Below, piece after piece: positions 17,658 to 27,190 of a stretch of DNA of 32,000 nt (position 1 is its first letter; every line of letters starts with the position of its first letter). This stretch comes from Halomicronema hongdechloris C2206 (GTDB lineage: Bacteria > Cyanobacteriota > Cyanobacteriia > Phormidesmidales > Phormidesmidaceae), in NCBI RefSeq assembly GCF_002075285.3, contig NZ_CP021983.2, positions 3,930,001-3,962,000 on the forward strand, read 5' to 3'. Below the pieces are notes generated by a model. That model saw only the letters and a list, made by a program, of their open reading frames with translations. It had not been told where the DNA came from and made no database searches. A program made the translations under genes and the position numbers.

Positions 17658-17687
17658 CCTGATCTAGGCTGATCTAGGCTGATCTAG
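17658..17687. repeat. perfect 10-bp tandem repeat (CTGATCTAGG x3), with a fourth ATCTAGGC at 17705-17712
   Basis: Read directly in the apcF-glnA spacer. Confidence 0.95.
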
Positions 17688-17960
17688 GCGATTGAACTCA
17701 GCCTATCTAGGCTATTCAGCCAGTCCTTGGCCGAGGATTTAGCTGGAACACTCTAAGAGGACACTTGAAAACTCGGCTGAAAGCCCTGCCGGGTAAGCGT
17801 TTTAGAGCGTATAGCTCTGTTGGCCAGAATCCAGTCTGGAGCAAGGTTGCAGGGTACTTTCCAAATATCCTCTAAGACAGGCTCAGCAACTGCCTAACTG
17901 GGGTCCAGCTTAATTTCGTAACTCTGTTTTACAAACAATTCCGGGATCGCCCTGGGATTT

Positions 17961-17976
17961 TGTATTTACTGATACA
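17961..17976 (+). promoter_or_regulatory. NtcA-binding site of the glnA promoter (TGTA-N8-TACA)
   Basis: TGTATTTACTGATACA is a perfect GTA-N8-TAC palindrome. A TAN3T -10 box (TAGGAT, 17998-18003) lies 22 nt downstream, the canonical class II NtcA architecture. Confidence 0.75.
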
Positions 17977-18223
17977 AAACTGCCAAATTCCTATTCATAG
18001 GATATGGCAGATAAGTTGAACGCATGGGTGTTAACGGGGTCGATGTCCCTGAGAGGGTGTTTGGACAGTCTGATCGAGATCTCAACGATGCCTCGATAGG
18101 GCGCTAGACCATCAAACCCCCGGGGTGTCTGCCGAAGTCATGTAGCTTATGCTACCGACAGGCACCTACTTCAACCACCCTCTAAGACAGGGTTTGAACG
18201 CAATAGAGGTTAAGGAGTAATTC

Positions 18224-19642
18224 ATGGCGACTGCTGCAGATGTCTTGACGATGATTCAAGACCAAGACATTAAGATGATCGACCTGAAGTTCATCGATCT
18301 GCCCGGCATTTGGCAACACCTAACGGTGTATCGGGATCAGATCGATGCCGATAGCTTTACCGATGGGGTGCCTTTCGATGGCTCCAGTATTCGGGGATGG
18401 AAGGCCATTAATGAGTCGGATATGGCCATGGTGCCCGATCCCGACAGTGCTTGGATCGATCCCTTCATGAAGGAACCGACCCTCAGCCTAGTCTGCACCA
18501 TTAAAGAGCCCCGTACTGGCGAACTCTATGAGCGCTGCCCCCGTGCGATCGCACACAAAGCCGTTGACTACTTAAAGTCTACTGGCATCGGTGACACGGC
18601 TTTCTTTGGCCCCGAGGCCGAGTTCTTTGTCTTTGACGACGTGCGCTTCGATCAAAACGAGCACTCCGCCTACTACTACGTCGATAGCGTCGAGGGCCGT
18701 TGGAACACGGGTCGAGACGAAGAAGGGGGCAACCTCGGCTACAAGCCTCGCTACAAAGAAGGGTATTTCCCAGTGTCTCCCAGCGACACCCTGCAAGATA
18801 TGCGCAGCGAGATGCTGCTGACCATGGCCTCCCTGGGGGTTCCCATTGAGAAGCATCACCACGAAGTAGCCACAGGTGGTCAGTGCGAGTTGGGCTTCCG
18901 CTTCGGTGAATTGATCCAGGCCGCTGACTGGCTGATGATTTACAAATACTGCATTAAGAACGTTGCCAAGAAATATGGCAAGTCCGTCACCTTCATGCCT
19001 AAGCCCTTGTTCAACGACAACGGCTCTGGCATGCACACCCACCAATCCATCTGGAACGGTGGTCAACCCACCTTTGCCGGCGACGGTTATGCTGGTCTCA
19101 GCCAGACCGCCCTGTGGTACATTGGCGGGATTCTCAAGCATGCCCCGGCCCTATTGGCCTTCACTAACCCCACCACCAATTCCTATAAGCGATTGGTGCC
19201 CGGATTCGAGGCCCCGGTGAACCTAGCCTACTCTCAAGGGAATCGGTCGGCGTCGGTGCGAATTCCCCTGTCAGGGACCAATCCCAAAGCCAAGCGGTTA
19301 GAGTTCCGCTGTCCCGATGCCACCTCAAACCCTTACCTGGCCTTCTCCGCCATGCTTTGCGCCGGCATCGACGGCATCAAGAATCAGATCGATCCAGGGT
19401 CCCCGCTTGATGTGGATATCTATGATCTCAGCCCCGAAGACCTGGCCAAGATCCCCTCGACCCCAGGTTCTTTGTTAGATGCGCTTAAGGCCCTGGAAGC
19501 CGATTATGAGTTTCTAACCGCAGGCGGCGTCTTCAGCGAAGACTTCATTAGCAATTGGATCGAATACAAGCTCGATAACGAGGTGAACCCCATGCGGCTA
19601 CGGCCCCATCCCTATGAGCTGTCTCTCTACTACGATTGCTAG
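18224..19642 (+). CDS. glnA: glutamine synthetase type I
   Basis: 472 aa. [63 protein letters not shown] 7 nt upstream. Confidence 0.97.
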   Translation: MATAADVLTMIQDQDIKMIDLKFIDLPGIWQHLTVYRDQIDADSFTDGVPFDGSSIRGWKAINESDMAMVPDPDSAWIDPFMKEPTLSLVCTIKEPRTGELYERCPRAIAHKAVDYLKSTGIGDTAFFGPEAEFFVFDDVRFDQNEHSAYYYVDSVEGRWNTGRDEEGGNLGYKPRYKEGYFPVSPSDTLQDMRSEMLLTMASLGVPIEKHHHEVATGGQCELGFRFGELIQAADWLMIYKYCIKNVAKKYGKSVTFMPKPLFNDNGSGMHTHQSIWNGGQPTFAGDGYAGLSQTALWYIGGILKHAPALLAFTNPTTNSYKRLVPGFEAPVNLAYSQGNRSASVRIPLSGTNPKAKRLEFRCPDATSNPYLAFSAMLCAGIDGIKNQIDPGSPLDVDIYDLSPEDLAKIPSTPGSLLDALKALEADYEFLTAGGVFSEDFISNWIEYKLDNEVNPMRLRPHPYELSLYYDC

Positions 19643-19682
19643 ATCGATACCTTCTCACGCGGCCTTTCTGTGATTCAGCTGA

Positions 19683-19710
19683 GTAGCCACTCCGGGGAGT
19701 GGCTACTTTT
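19683..19710 (+). terminator. intrinsic terminator of glnA
   Basis: GTAGCCACTCC-GG-GGAGTGGCTAC is a perfect inverted repeat followed by TTTT, 41 nt after the stop. Confidence 0.85.
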
Positions 19711-19806
19711 GTGTTAAACGGTACAGAGTAACCGCATAGACTCCAGTTTTTATAGAAAATTTCGTTACAATTGTTTGCAAATGGATTCATCTGCATCATT
19801 GATGCC

Positions 19807-20919
19807 ATGCCAGACACGCTGACCAAACCAGACACACTGACCAAATTGGCCTATCAAGCTCTGCAGCACGGCAAGAGATACTTTGGGTTGACTCACAAAA
19901 CCCTTAGCACTCGGTTGATGCGGGCCATCATGCCGGTCCCAGAGCATCAAACTCAACCCCTGGCTTCTGCAACCCTGATACAACTGCAGCAGCGTATGGA
20001 TGACTTGCTCCAGGTGGATTGGCAAGAGGCTGAGGCCGGTATTTATCCAACTAGCCTGCTCTTCGATACCCCTTGGGATGATTTTCTCCGCTATTACCCT
20101 CTGGTCTGCCTAGATATTCCCCAGATCTGGCAGCGGGCTGAGGCTAAGGACGTGTACAGTTTTTCCCCCCAGATTAATACCCAAGGCTACCCCCGTTACT
20201 ACTTGCAGACGTTCCACTACCAGACCGATGGCTACCTGAGCGATACCTCGGCTAACCTCTACGACATTCAGGTGGAACTGCTGTTCAACGGTACTGCCGA
20301 TGCCATGCGTCGTCGAGTGTTGGCGCCCTTGAAGCAAGGCGTAGAGGCGCTGATGACGGGGCAATCGGGCTGCCGTACTGAGCAAACCCCCATGGTGGCT
20401 CTAGACCAGTTGCGGCTGCTGGATGTGGCCTGTGGCACTGGCCGCACCCTGAAGATGCTGCAAGAGACCTTTCCCCAAGCAGCCACTTACGGGGTTGATC
20501 TATCGCCTGCCTATTTACGCAAGGCCAATCAGCTGTTGAGCCAACAGTCAGGACGTTTACCGCAGCTAGTGCAGGCCAATGCTGAAACCCTTCCCTACAT
20601 CGATCAGTACTTTGATGGCCTCACCTGTGTGTTTCTCTTTCATGAGCTACCGGGGCCAGTGCGGCAACGGGTGATGGCAGAGTGTTTCCGGGTACTCAAG
20701 CCTGGTGGGGTGCTGGTGGGGTGCGACTCCATTCAGATGGCAGATTCTCCTGAGTTTAAGGTGGTCATGGAAAACTTCTCGATCACATTCCATGAGCCGT
20801 TCTATCGTCACTACATTCAAGACGATTTGAATCGGCGGCTGCAACAGGCTGGATTTATCGACATCACGAACCAAGTGCATTTCATGAGCAAGTACTGGAT
20901 TTGCCGCAAGCCTGCATAA
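19807..20919 (+). CDS. class I SAM-dependent methyltransferase
   Basis: Motif I LLDVACGTGRT, post-I YGVDLS, motif II/III FDGLTCVFLFHELP and LKPGGVLV. ATG 19807 preferred over TTG 19771. Confidence 0.75.
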   Translation: MPDTLTKPDTLTKLAYQALQHGKRYFGLTHKTLSTRLMRAIMPVPEHQTQPLASATLIQLQQRMDDLLQVDWQEAEAGIYPTSLLFDTPWDDFLRYYPLVCLDIPQIWQRAEAKDVYSFSPQINTQGYPRYYLQTFHYQTDGYLSDTSANLYDIQVELLFNGTADAMRRRVLAPLKQGVEALMTGQSGCRTEQTPMVALDQLRLLDVACGTGRTLKMLQETFPQAATYGVDLSPAYLRKANQLLSQQSGRLPQLVQANAETLPYIDQYFDGLTCVFLFHELPGPVRQRVMAECFRVLKPGGVLVGCDSIQMADSPEFKVVMENFSITFHEPFYRHYIQDDLNRRLQQAGFIDITNQVHFMSKYWICRKPA

Positions 20920-21155
20920 CAGATACTACGCAGGCCAGTTACCTGTGCTGTCAGGGGAGGCAGTCCTTAAAGCTGCAACCTATAAAAGTGGCCGTGTCTG
21001 ACGAAGGCTGTCTAAAAAAGTCTGTGAATGGCTGGCTTCTGGTCAACGCTGGCGATAGAGTTGGGTTAGCCACCAGTATGGGGGGAATGGTAATGATTGC
21101 AAAACCACTGACTGGGGATACGAAGCCCCTGGACGGCGATACGGATGATGAGGCT

Positions 21156-21584
21156 ATGACCGAGACAGCCACCGATCATGTGGATGTGATTGAGACTGTC
21201 ATCTCTAGCCTGGATCAAGATGATAGTGCTGTGGTGAGCCACACCGATGAAGGCCATCTGTGGCGGTTTAAGTATGGCAGTGTCGATGTCTATGTGCAGT
21301 TGACGGGAACGGCTGATACCGACACTCTGACGGTCTGGTCGCCGGTATTATCGCTGCCGGCTCAGGATGAATCGGGGCTGATGCGCCATCTGTTGGAGAT
21401 GAATTGCGGTGAGACCTTTGAGTCTTGTTTTGGTATCCTCGGAAATCAGGTGGTGGTGCTGGCTAGCCGAGTGTTGCAAGATATTTCTCCCAGTGAGATT
21501 TCACGCCTGATGACTATCGTGGCGACCATCGCCGATGACAATGACGAGGCGTTGCGATCGCAATTTGGGGCCGCTCAGGGATAG
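21156..21584 (+). CDS. YbjN-domain (T3SS-chaperone-like) protein
   Basis: HLWRFKYGSVDVYVQLTG..LTVWSPVL..LMRHLLEMNCGETFESCFGILGNQVVVLASRVL..EISRLMTIVATIADDNDEAL matches the YbjN-family pattern as I recall it. The start is uncertain: ATG 21156 has GAGG upstream, and the alternative is ATG 21078. Confidence 0.5.
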   Translation: MTETATDHVDVIETVISSLDQDDSAVVSHTDEGHLWRFKYGSVDVYVQLTGTADTDTLTVWSPVLSLPAQDESGLMRHLLEMNCGETFESCFGILGNQVVVLASRVLQDISPSEISRLMTIVATIADDNDEALRSQFGAAQG

Positions 21585-21588
21585 CGCC

Positions 21589-22335
21589 ATGGCCCCGGTT
21601 CCTTGGCGATTGATTCCTGCCTATACCGCCTCAGGGCACGTCCATATGGCCGTAGACAATTGGCTCTTGGAACAGCATCGTCAGGGCCAAAGTCCATCAA
21701 CATTGCGGTTTTACACCTGGTCAGAGGCCAGCCTCTCCCTGGGCTACCATCAGCGGCAATGGCCGCCCCACTGGGATACCCTATCTATCCCCTTAGTGCG
21801 GCGCCCCACCGGTGGACGGGCCGTGTTGCACCAGGGGGACCTGACCTACAGCCTAATCACCACAACCCTGCCCGGCTCCCGTCAACGGGTGTATCGCCAT
21901 CTCTGTGAATTTCTGCGCCGGGGCTTTGCCAGCCTAGGCGTACAGCTCGACTACGGCAGTCCCCAACGCCGCACCCAGGGCACGGCTAACTGCTTTGCCC
22001 TGGCTACTGCAGCAGATCTAGTCACGCCGAGCGGCGCTAAGCTGATTGGCAGTGCCCAACTGCGGCGAGACCACAGCATCTTGCAGCATGGGTCTATTGT
22101 GCTGCGGCCCGATCTCTCCCTCTGGACCCGTGTCTTTGGTAGCCCGCCGGCCCCGGCTTCTCTCCCCCCTTCCCTGACAAGGCTGTCCTGGAATCAGTTG
22201 CAAACCACCATTATCCATGCCCTCTGCCACGCTGCAGAGACCTACTTTGAGAGCCGTTGGCAGGTGCAACCTCTGACAGCCGCGGACGTTGGGACGGCCT
22301 TGGACATGTCTATGCCAGAGGTCATCCGCCCCTAG
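21589..22335 (+). CDS. lipoate-protein ligase A family protein (BPL/LPL catalytic domain only)
   Basis: TLRFYTW, VRRPTGGRAVLHQGDLTYS, and a catalytic-Lys block GAKLIGSAQLRR. The ATG lies 4 nt after the upstream stop. Confidence 0.7.
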   Translation: MAPVPWRLIPAYTASGHVHMAVDNWLLEQHRQGQSPSTLRFYTWSEASLSLGYHQRQWPPHWDTLSIPLVRRPTGGRAVLHQGDLTYSLITTTLPGSRQRVYRHLCEFLRRGFASLGVQLDYGSPQRRTQGTANCFALATAADLVTPSGAKLIGSAQLRRDHSILQHGSIVLRPDLSLWTRVFGSPPAPASLPPSLTRLSWNQLQTTIIHALCHAAETYFESRWQVQPLTAADVGTALDMSMPEVIRP

Positions 22336-22338
22336 TCG

Positions 22339-23538
22339 TTATTCCACGGCAGCTTTGGCAATGGCGGGTAACTGCAAACCGGGAGGGTAGGTACCTTCGT
22401 CTTTAATGCGCTGAATCACAGCCTCGGACACTGCTAGATTCATTTTTTGGGCCAAGGCTTTGACGATATCGCCTCGATCAATGGTCCCCGCCACCGCATC
22501 GGCTAGGGTGAGTACGGTAATCCGCCTCAGGTTGAGGCTCTCTAGCTGCCCAATCACTTCCGCCAGAGAGGTTTGTTCACCCACCGAGGGAATCTCATTA
22601 AGCGGGTGAGCAATATCCTGTAGAGTCAACTGTTCCCATTGGCTACGCTCAATGGCGCGAATATCATCGACACGGATCTGGCCTCGATAGCGACCTTCAG
22701 AGGCGGCAAAGAAGGTGGGCGGCCGCCCTTCTTGGAGGAGATACTCATCCGCAAACTGACGCAGGGTCATGTGGGCATCCACCACCCGGAGTTCCCGGGC
22801 CATGGCGTCACTCGCCGTCAGGGCCGCCACAGCTTCCTGTAAATCACTCACCCGACTGTAGGACGAGGCATTGCGGAGGGCAAACCAACCGATCAAGGCG
22901 ATCCATAGCAGGTCTAGCCGTTGGGCGGTGAAGTAAGCAAACAGTCCCAGGGCAATGGCTGTCCACCCGAGAATCTGACCCACCCGAGCCGCCCAGCGGA
23001 CCCCTTTAATCCGACTTTTGGTTGCCTTCCAGACCACGGCCTTCAGCACTTGACCGCCGTCTAGGGGCAACCCTGGGATGAGATTAAATAGGGTCAACAC
23101 TAAGTTAGTTTGGGCCACATGGTAGATGAGTTGCTGGGCCATGTCAGGTAGCACCTGAGCCTGGGACAACAGAGAGAGGCCAATGTAAAGGGCAAAGCTA
23201 ACCAGGGGACCTGCGATCGCAACTTGCGCAGCCTGCCCGGGTGTCTTGGATTCCTTATCAATAGAAGCAATACCACCAAACAGAAACAGCGTAATGGAAT
23301 TGACTTGAATTCCCTGCTGACGGGCGACCAAACTGTGGCCCAACTCATGGAGTAGCACTGAGGCAAACAAAAGTAGCGCTAAGGCCAGCCCTGCTCCCCA
23401 GGCCAAGCCGCCCCACGCCGATTGCCAAGTCGGATCGCTACCGTACAAGAACGTCACCAGCAATACGATGACAAACCAGGAATAGTCGATGTAGAGCGGA
23501 ATCCCGACGATAGAGCCGACTCGCCAACCGGATTGCAT
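22339..23538 (-). CDS. site-2 protease (M50) with tandem C-terminal CBS domains
   Basis: WRVGSIVGIPLYIDYSW, HELGHSL, NLIPGLPLDGG, then a CBS pair. ATG 23538 preferred over 23565. Confidence 0.85.
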   Translation of the reverse strand: MQSGWRVGSIVGIPLYIDYSWFVIVLLVTFLYGSDPTWQSAWGGLAWGAGLALALLLFASVLLHELGHSLVARQQGIQVNSITLFLFGGIASIDKESKTPGQAAQVAIAGPLVSFALYIGLSLLSQAQVLPDMAQQLIYHVAQTNLVLTLFNLIPGLPLDGGQVLKAVVWKATKSRIKGVRWAARVGQILGWTAIALGLFAYFTAQRLDLLWIALIGWFALRNASSYSRVSDLQEAVAALTASDAMARELRVVDAHMTLRQFADEYLLQEGRPPTFFAASEGRYRGQIRVDDIRAIERSQWEQLTLQDIAHPLNEIPSVGEQTSLAEVIGQLESLNLRRITVLTLADAVAGTIDRGDIVKALAQKMNLAVSEAVIQRIKDEGTYPPGLQLPAIAKAAVE

Positions 23539-23656
23539 AGAAACGCTGTCCTCAATGGCATCCACGCGAATGATCGCGCTAACGTTCCCATTGTACTGAG
23601 GTCACGGATAGGACGGTTGCGGATTTCCCTACCGAACCTCACAGGCCTATCTACCC

Positions 23657-23947
23657 TCAAAGTAGTCCAGCATTTCCTAATCCCAGGATCATACCCGCCC
23701 CAAGAATATGGCCTAAACTAGCCGTGGCCAGAAGTTCTGGTAAGCCAAAGCCTGCAAACAGCATCGGCAACTGCACCGGCAACTCAGGCCCCGCCCCTGG
23801 CCTTTGAATGGCATACTTGCCAATGGCGAGGACAAACAGGTTGCAAACAACCATGATTACCGCTATGCTCAGAGACCATTCAGCCGTTTGCGGACTCGCC
23901 TGGGCCAGCAATCCCCCGTTGAAACCAGCTATCCCGAAACCAAACAC
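23657..23947 (-). CDS. psaK: photosystem I subunit PsaK
   Basis: Two TM helices. WSLSIAVIMVVCNLFVLAIGKYAIQ and FGLPELLATASLGHILGAGMILGL match PsaK. GTG start from the ORF track. Confidence 0.8.
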   Translation of the reverse strand: MFGFGIAGFNGGLLAQASPQTAEWSLSIAVIMVVCNLFVLAIGKYAIQRPGAGPELPVQLPMLFAGFGLPELLATASLGHILGAGMILGLGNAGLL

Positions 23948-24066
23948 GTTGTTACACTCCCACCTTTATTATCAGAATCAACCGTCTGAAACCTGAAAGG
24001 ATTATAAAAAGTCATCGCATCAAACTTACAACTTGTTCAACAGAGTTAACACTGACTCCCTAACCC

Positions 24067-24720
24067 ATGCAGGTTAAGATTTGCGGCATCACTCAACCCG
24101 AACAAGGGCATGCGATCGCGCAATTAGGAGCCACTGCCCTAGGCTTCATTTGTGTGCCCACTTCACCTCGTTATATCCCTGCGACCCAGATTCAAACCAT
24201 CGTGGCAACCCTGAAGCGTCGAGGGCATCTCTCCGTCAATACAGTTGGCGTCTTCGCCAACACCAGACTCGACACCATCCTCGAAGTCGCTGTCCACACT
24301 CATCTCACCACCGTGCAACTCCATGGCAGTGAATCCCCTGACTTTTGTCAGCGCCTGAAACAACAGCAGCCACAGTTATCCTTAACGAAGGCTTTTCGCA
24401 TTCGGACCGCAGCGGATTTAGACCGGATTGCCAGCTATGACGGTGCTGTAGATGCCTATTTATTAGATGCCTATCACCCCACCCAGCTCGGCGGCACAGG
24501 ATGTTCCCTAGACTGGAACACTCTCCAAGACCTTCATCCTCGACATCCTTGGTTTCTTGCCGGGGGGCTAACCCCCGATAATATTCTGGATGCCCTAAGC
24601 CGACTTCGCCCCGATGGCATCGATCTCTCCAGTGGCGTAGAAACCGCACCCGGGATTAAAGATCTATCCGCAGTGGCTGACCTATTCCACCAGTTGAGCC
24701 AGCTTACCCCCTCGTCCTAA
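24067..24720 (+). CDS. trpF: phosphoribosylanthranilate isomerase
   Basis: MQVKICGIT, GFICVPTSPRYI, VQLHGSE, LLDA..GGTG, FLAGGLTPDN. Confidence 0.9.
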   Translation: MQVKICGITQPEQGHAIAQLGATALGFICVPTSPRYIPATQIQTIVATLKRRGHLSVNTVGVFANTRLDTILEVAVHTHLTTVQLHGSESPDFCQRLKQQQPQLSLTKAFRIRTAADLDRIASYDGAVDAYLLDAYHPTQLGGTGCSLDWNTLQDLHPRHPWFLAGGLTPDNILDALSRLRPDGIDLSSGVETAPGIKDLSAVADLFHQLSQLTPSS

Positions 24721-25187
24721 TCTTGGTGCTCTATAGGTCCCTGGGGCAAGCATCAGTCATGCCCTCGAGCCATAAGTGCCCGTGTTACCTAAGACAACAA
24801 GGAGACGGGCGCAGAACCTTCTCGGCACTTAGCCTTCCAATAGTCGGCCTTGACCGGCTTCAGTTGATACCGCGTCCAGCTCCAAGCGATCCTAAACAAG
24901 AGGAGTTTTTGAGCTGAGTTCAGCATTTTGAGGAACAGATATCAGCAAGGTTCTTGACATGCTGCAACAGGGGCACAGGGTTTGGCATTCTCCGAGTTTA
25001 TGCCCTCGAATCCGATTAATTAAACCAATCCATAGCCCTAGAATCTCCGATGATTGGCTGCCTCGATTCGCAGAAATTTAGTATCTGCTTGAAAAGCACA
25101 GACAACCCGTTCTTTGGAGCTCTCAGCTCTATAAAGCAGATGGTATGATCGCTAAGACGTCTGCCTGAATGACAAGGACTCTGACTC

Positions 25188-26786
25188 ATGACACAAGCGC
25201 CTATTTCACCTATGGTGCTGGTCATCCTAGATGGCTGGGGATATCGAGAGGATACCAATGGCAATGCGATTGCCCTCGCCAAAACTCCTGTGATGGATAG
25301 CTTGTGGGCTACCTATCCTCATACCTTAATTCGCACCTCTGGTAAGGATGTAGGGTTACCTGAGGGGCAGATGGGGAATTCAGAAGTCGGTCATCTAAAT
25401 ATTGGGGCAGGTCGGATTGTGCCCCAGGAGTTAGTCCGCATATCCGATGCTGTTGAAGATGGAACACTACGCCAAAATCAAGCGTTCTTGGATGTATGCC
25501 AAACAGTGCGAAACCACAACCGTAAACTCCATTTGATCGGGCTATGTTCTGAAGGGGGCGTCCATTCTCACCTAAATCACTTGCTGGGGCTCCTCGATAT
25601 GGCTAACGCCCAAGATGTCCCAGAGATTTGTGTTCATGCCATCACGGATGGCCGAGATACCACCCCCTGTGATGCTCAACGTACCCTACAGCGCCTGCAG
25701 GACCATATTGATCAGACTGGATGTGGTCGCATCGTCACTCTCAGTGGTCGGTACTACGCGATGGATCGCGATTGCCGTTGGGATCGCATTGAGAAAGTTT
25801 ATCAAATCATGACTGAGGACGGTCCTGGTAACGGTAAAACAGCCATAGAAGCTCTGCAAACTTCCTATGATGCGGAGATAACTGATGAATTCATTATGCC
25901 GATGCGACTATCGCCTGGGGCAGTGGCAGCCGGTGATGGCATCATCTTTTTCAACTTCCGGCCTGATCGGGCTCGCCAGTTGACCCAAGCGTTTGTCGAT
26001 CCCAATTTTTCTGGATTTGAGCGTGATCGGATTGAGCCACTTTCCTTTGTCACCATGACTCAATACGATTCTTCCCTAGATGTTCAGGTGGCATTTGAGC
26101 CTCAAAATCTAACTCAGATCTTGGGAGAGGTGATCGCCAACCATGGTCTAAAGCAATTTCGTACAGCCGAAACGGAAAAGTATGCCCACGTCACTTATTT
26201 TCTCAATGGTGGGTTAGAGGAGCCCTTTGAGGGCGAAGATCGAGAACTGATTCCGAGTCCGATGGTTACCACCTATGACAAGGCCCCAACTATGGCGGCA
26301 GCCGCGGTGACGGATGCAGCTACCAAAGCCGTGGCGCAGGCATGTTATTCACTGATTGTGATTAACTATGCTAACCCTGATATGGTAGGCCACACCGGTA
26401 ATATGGACGCTACCATCACCGCCTTAGAAGCTGTAGATGCTCAGCTAGGTCGCCTCCTGGACAGCATTGGTAAGGCAGGGGGGACAGCCATCATCATTGC
26501 TGATCACGGCAATGCTGAGTACATGTGGGATGAAGACCACAAACCTTGGACAGCCCATACCAGTAATCCAGTTCCCTTCATACTGGTAGAAGGTGAACGC
26601 CTCAAGATTCCTGGCCATGGGGGGCAAGTTAATCTCCGTTCAGATGGCCGTCTCTCTGATATCGCCCCAACTATTTTACAAATTCTGGGGCTTCCCCAAC
26701 CTCGCGATATGACGGGGCGCTCGATGATGCTCGCGGCTGATGTAGACGTACGGTCTAACCGCACTCCTGTGCGAGTACCGATCTAA
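25188..26786 (+). CDS. gpmI: 2,3-bisphosphoglycerate-independent phosphoglycerate mutase
   Basis: VLVILDGWG, NSEVGHLNIGAGR (Ser nucleophile), AITDGRDT, NYANPDMVGHTG, IIADHGNAE. Confidence 0.95.
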   Translation: MTQAPISPMVLVILDGWGYREDTNGNAIALAKTPVMDSLWATYPHTLIRTSGKDVGLPEGQMGNSEVGHLNIGAGRIVPQELVRISDAVEDGTLRQNQAFLDVCQTVRNHNRKLHLIGLCSEGGVHSHLNHLLGLLDMANAQDVPEICVHAITDGRDTTPCDAQRTLQRLQDHIDQTGCGRIVTLSGRYYAMDRDCRWDRIEKVYQIMTEDGPGNGKTAIEALQTSYDAEITDEFIMPMRLSPGAVAAGDGIIFFNFRPDRARQLTQAFVDPNFSGFERDRIEPLSFVTMTQYDSSLDVQVAFEPQNLTQILGEVIANHGLKQFRTAETEKYAHVTYFLNGGLEEPFEGEDRELIPSPMVTTYDKAPTMAAAAVTDAATKAVAQACYSLIVINYANPDMVGHTGNMDATITALEAVDAQLGRLLDSIGKAGGTAIIIADHGNAEYMWDEDHKPWTAHTSNPVPFILVEGERLKIPGHGGQVNLRSDGRLSDIAPTILQILGLPQPRDMTGRSMMLAADVDVRSNRTPVRVPI

Positions 26787-26917
26787 CTTCGTGCCTGGAG
26801 CATCCATAGGAGTTAGAATAAAGAGTCCTCAGGGGGGCGAATCACTTTCGAAGCTTGCCCCACTCATAGTCTCTATATAGCAACCTGACCTGAGCTTAGT
26901 GATTCTAGGAGCCCATT

Positions 26918-27160
26918 ATGACAACTACTCTTATTCTACGAGCTATTTGGGCTGTATCCGCCGTTGGATTGACAGTCCTTGTCCTTTTGCATAGCCCCAA
27001 AGGAGACGGGCTAGGTGCCCTAGGTGGCCAGGCTCAACTCTTCACCAGTACTAAGAGTGCTGAGACTACCCTCAATCGCGTGACTTGGACCTTAACCGTA
27101 CTATTTATGGGCCTGACGGTCATCATTAGTGCTGGATGGTTAGAACAAGGGATCAGTTGA
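26918..27160 (+). CDS. secG: preprotein translocase subunit SecG
   Basis: 80 aa. Two TM helices flanking LLHSPKGDGLGALGG. GGAG SD 7 nt upstream. As far as I recall, gpmI-secG adjacency is common in cyanobacteria. Confidence 0.8.
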   Translation: MTTTLILRAIWAVSAVGLTVLVLLHSPKGDGLGALGGQAQLFTSTKSAETTLNRVTWTLTVLFMGLTVIISAGWLEQGIS

Positions 27161-27190
27161 GGGCGCGACGTCAAATCAATTAACTACAGA

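Noticed and set aside
17658-17712. Tandem CTGATCTAGG repeats as a mini CRISPR array
   Set aside because: The units are 10 bp and directly abutting, with no spacers, no leader and no cas genes in the window.
18572-19141. 189-aa minus-strand ORF, and the 76- and 85-aa plus-strand ORFs, inside glnA
   Set aside because: These are shadow frames of a highly conserved GS type I gene.
24723-24917. 64-aa ORF immediately after trpF, and 88-aa minus ORF 25016-25282
   Set aside because: The first has a TTG start without an SD. The second overlaps the gpmI start. No motifs are present, so the interval is better read as the gpmI promoter and leader.
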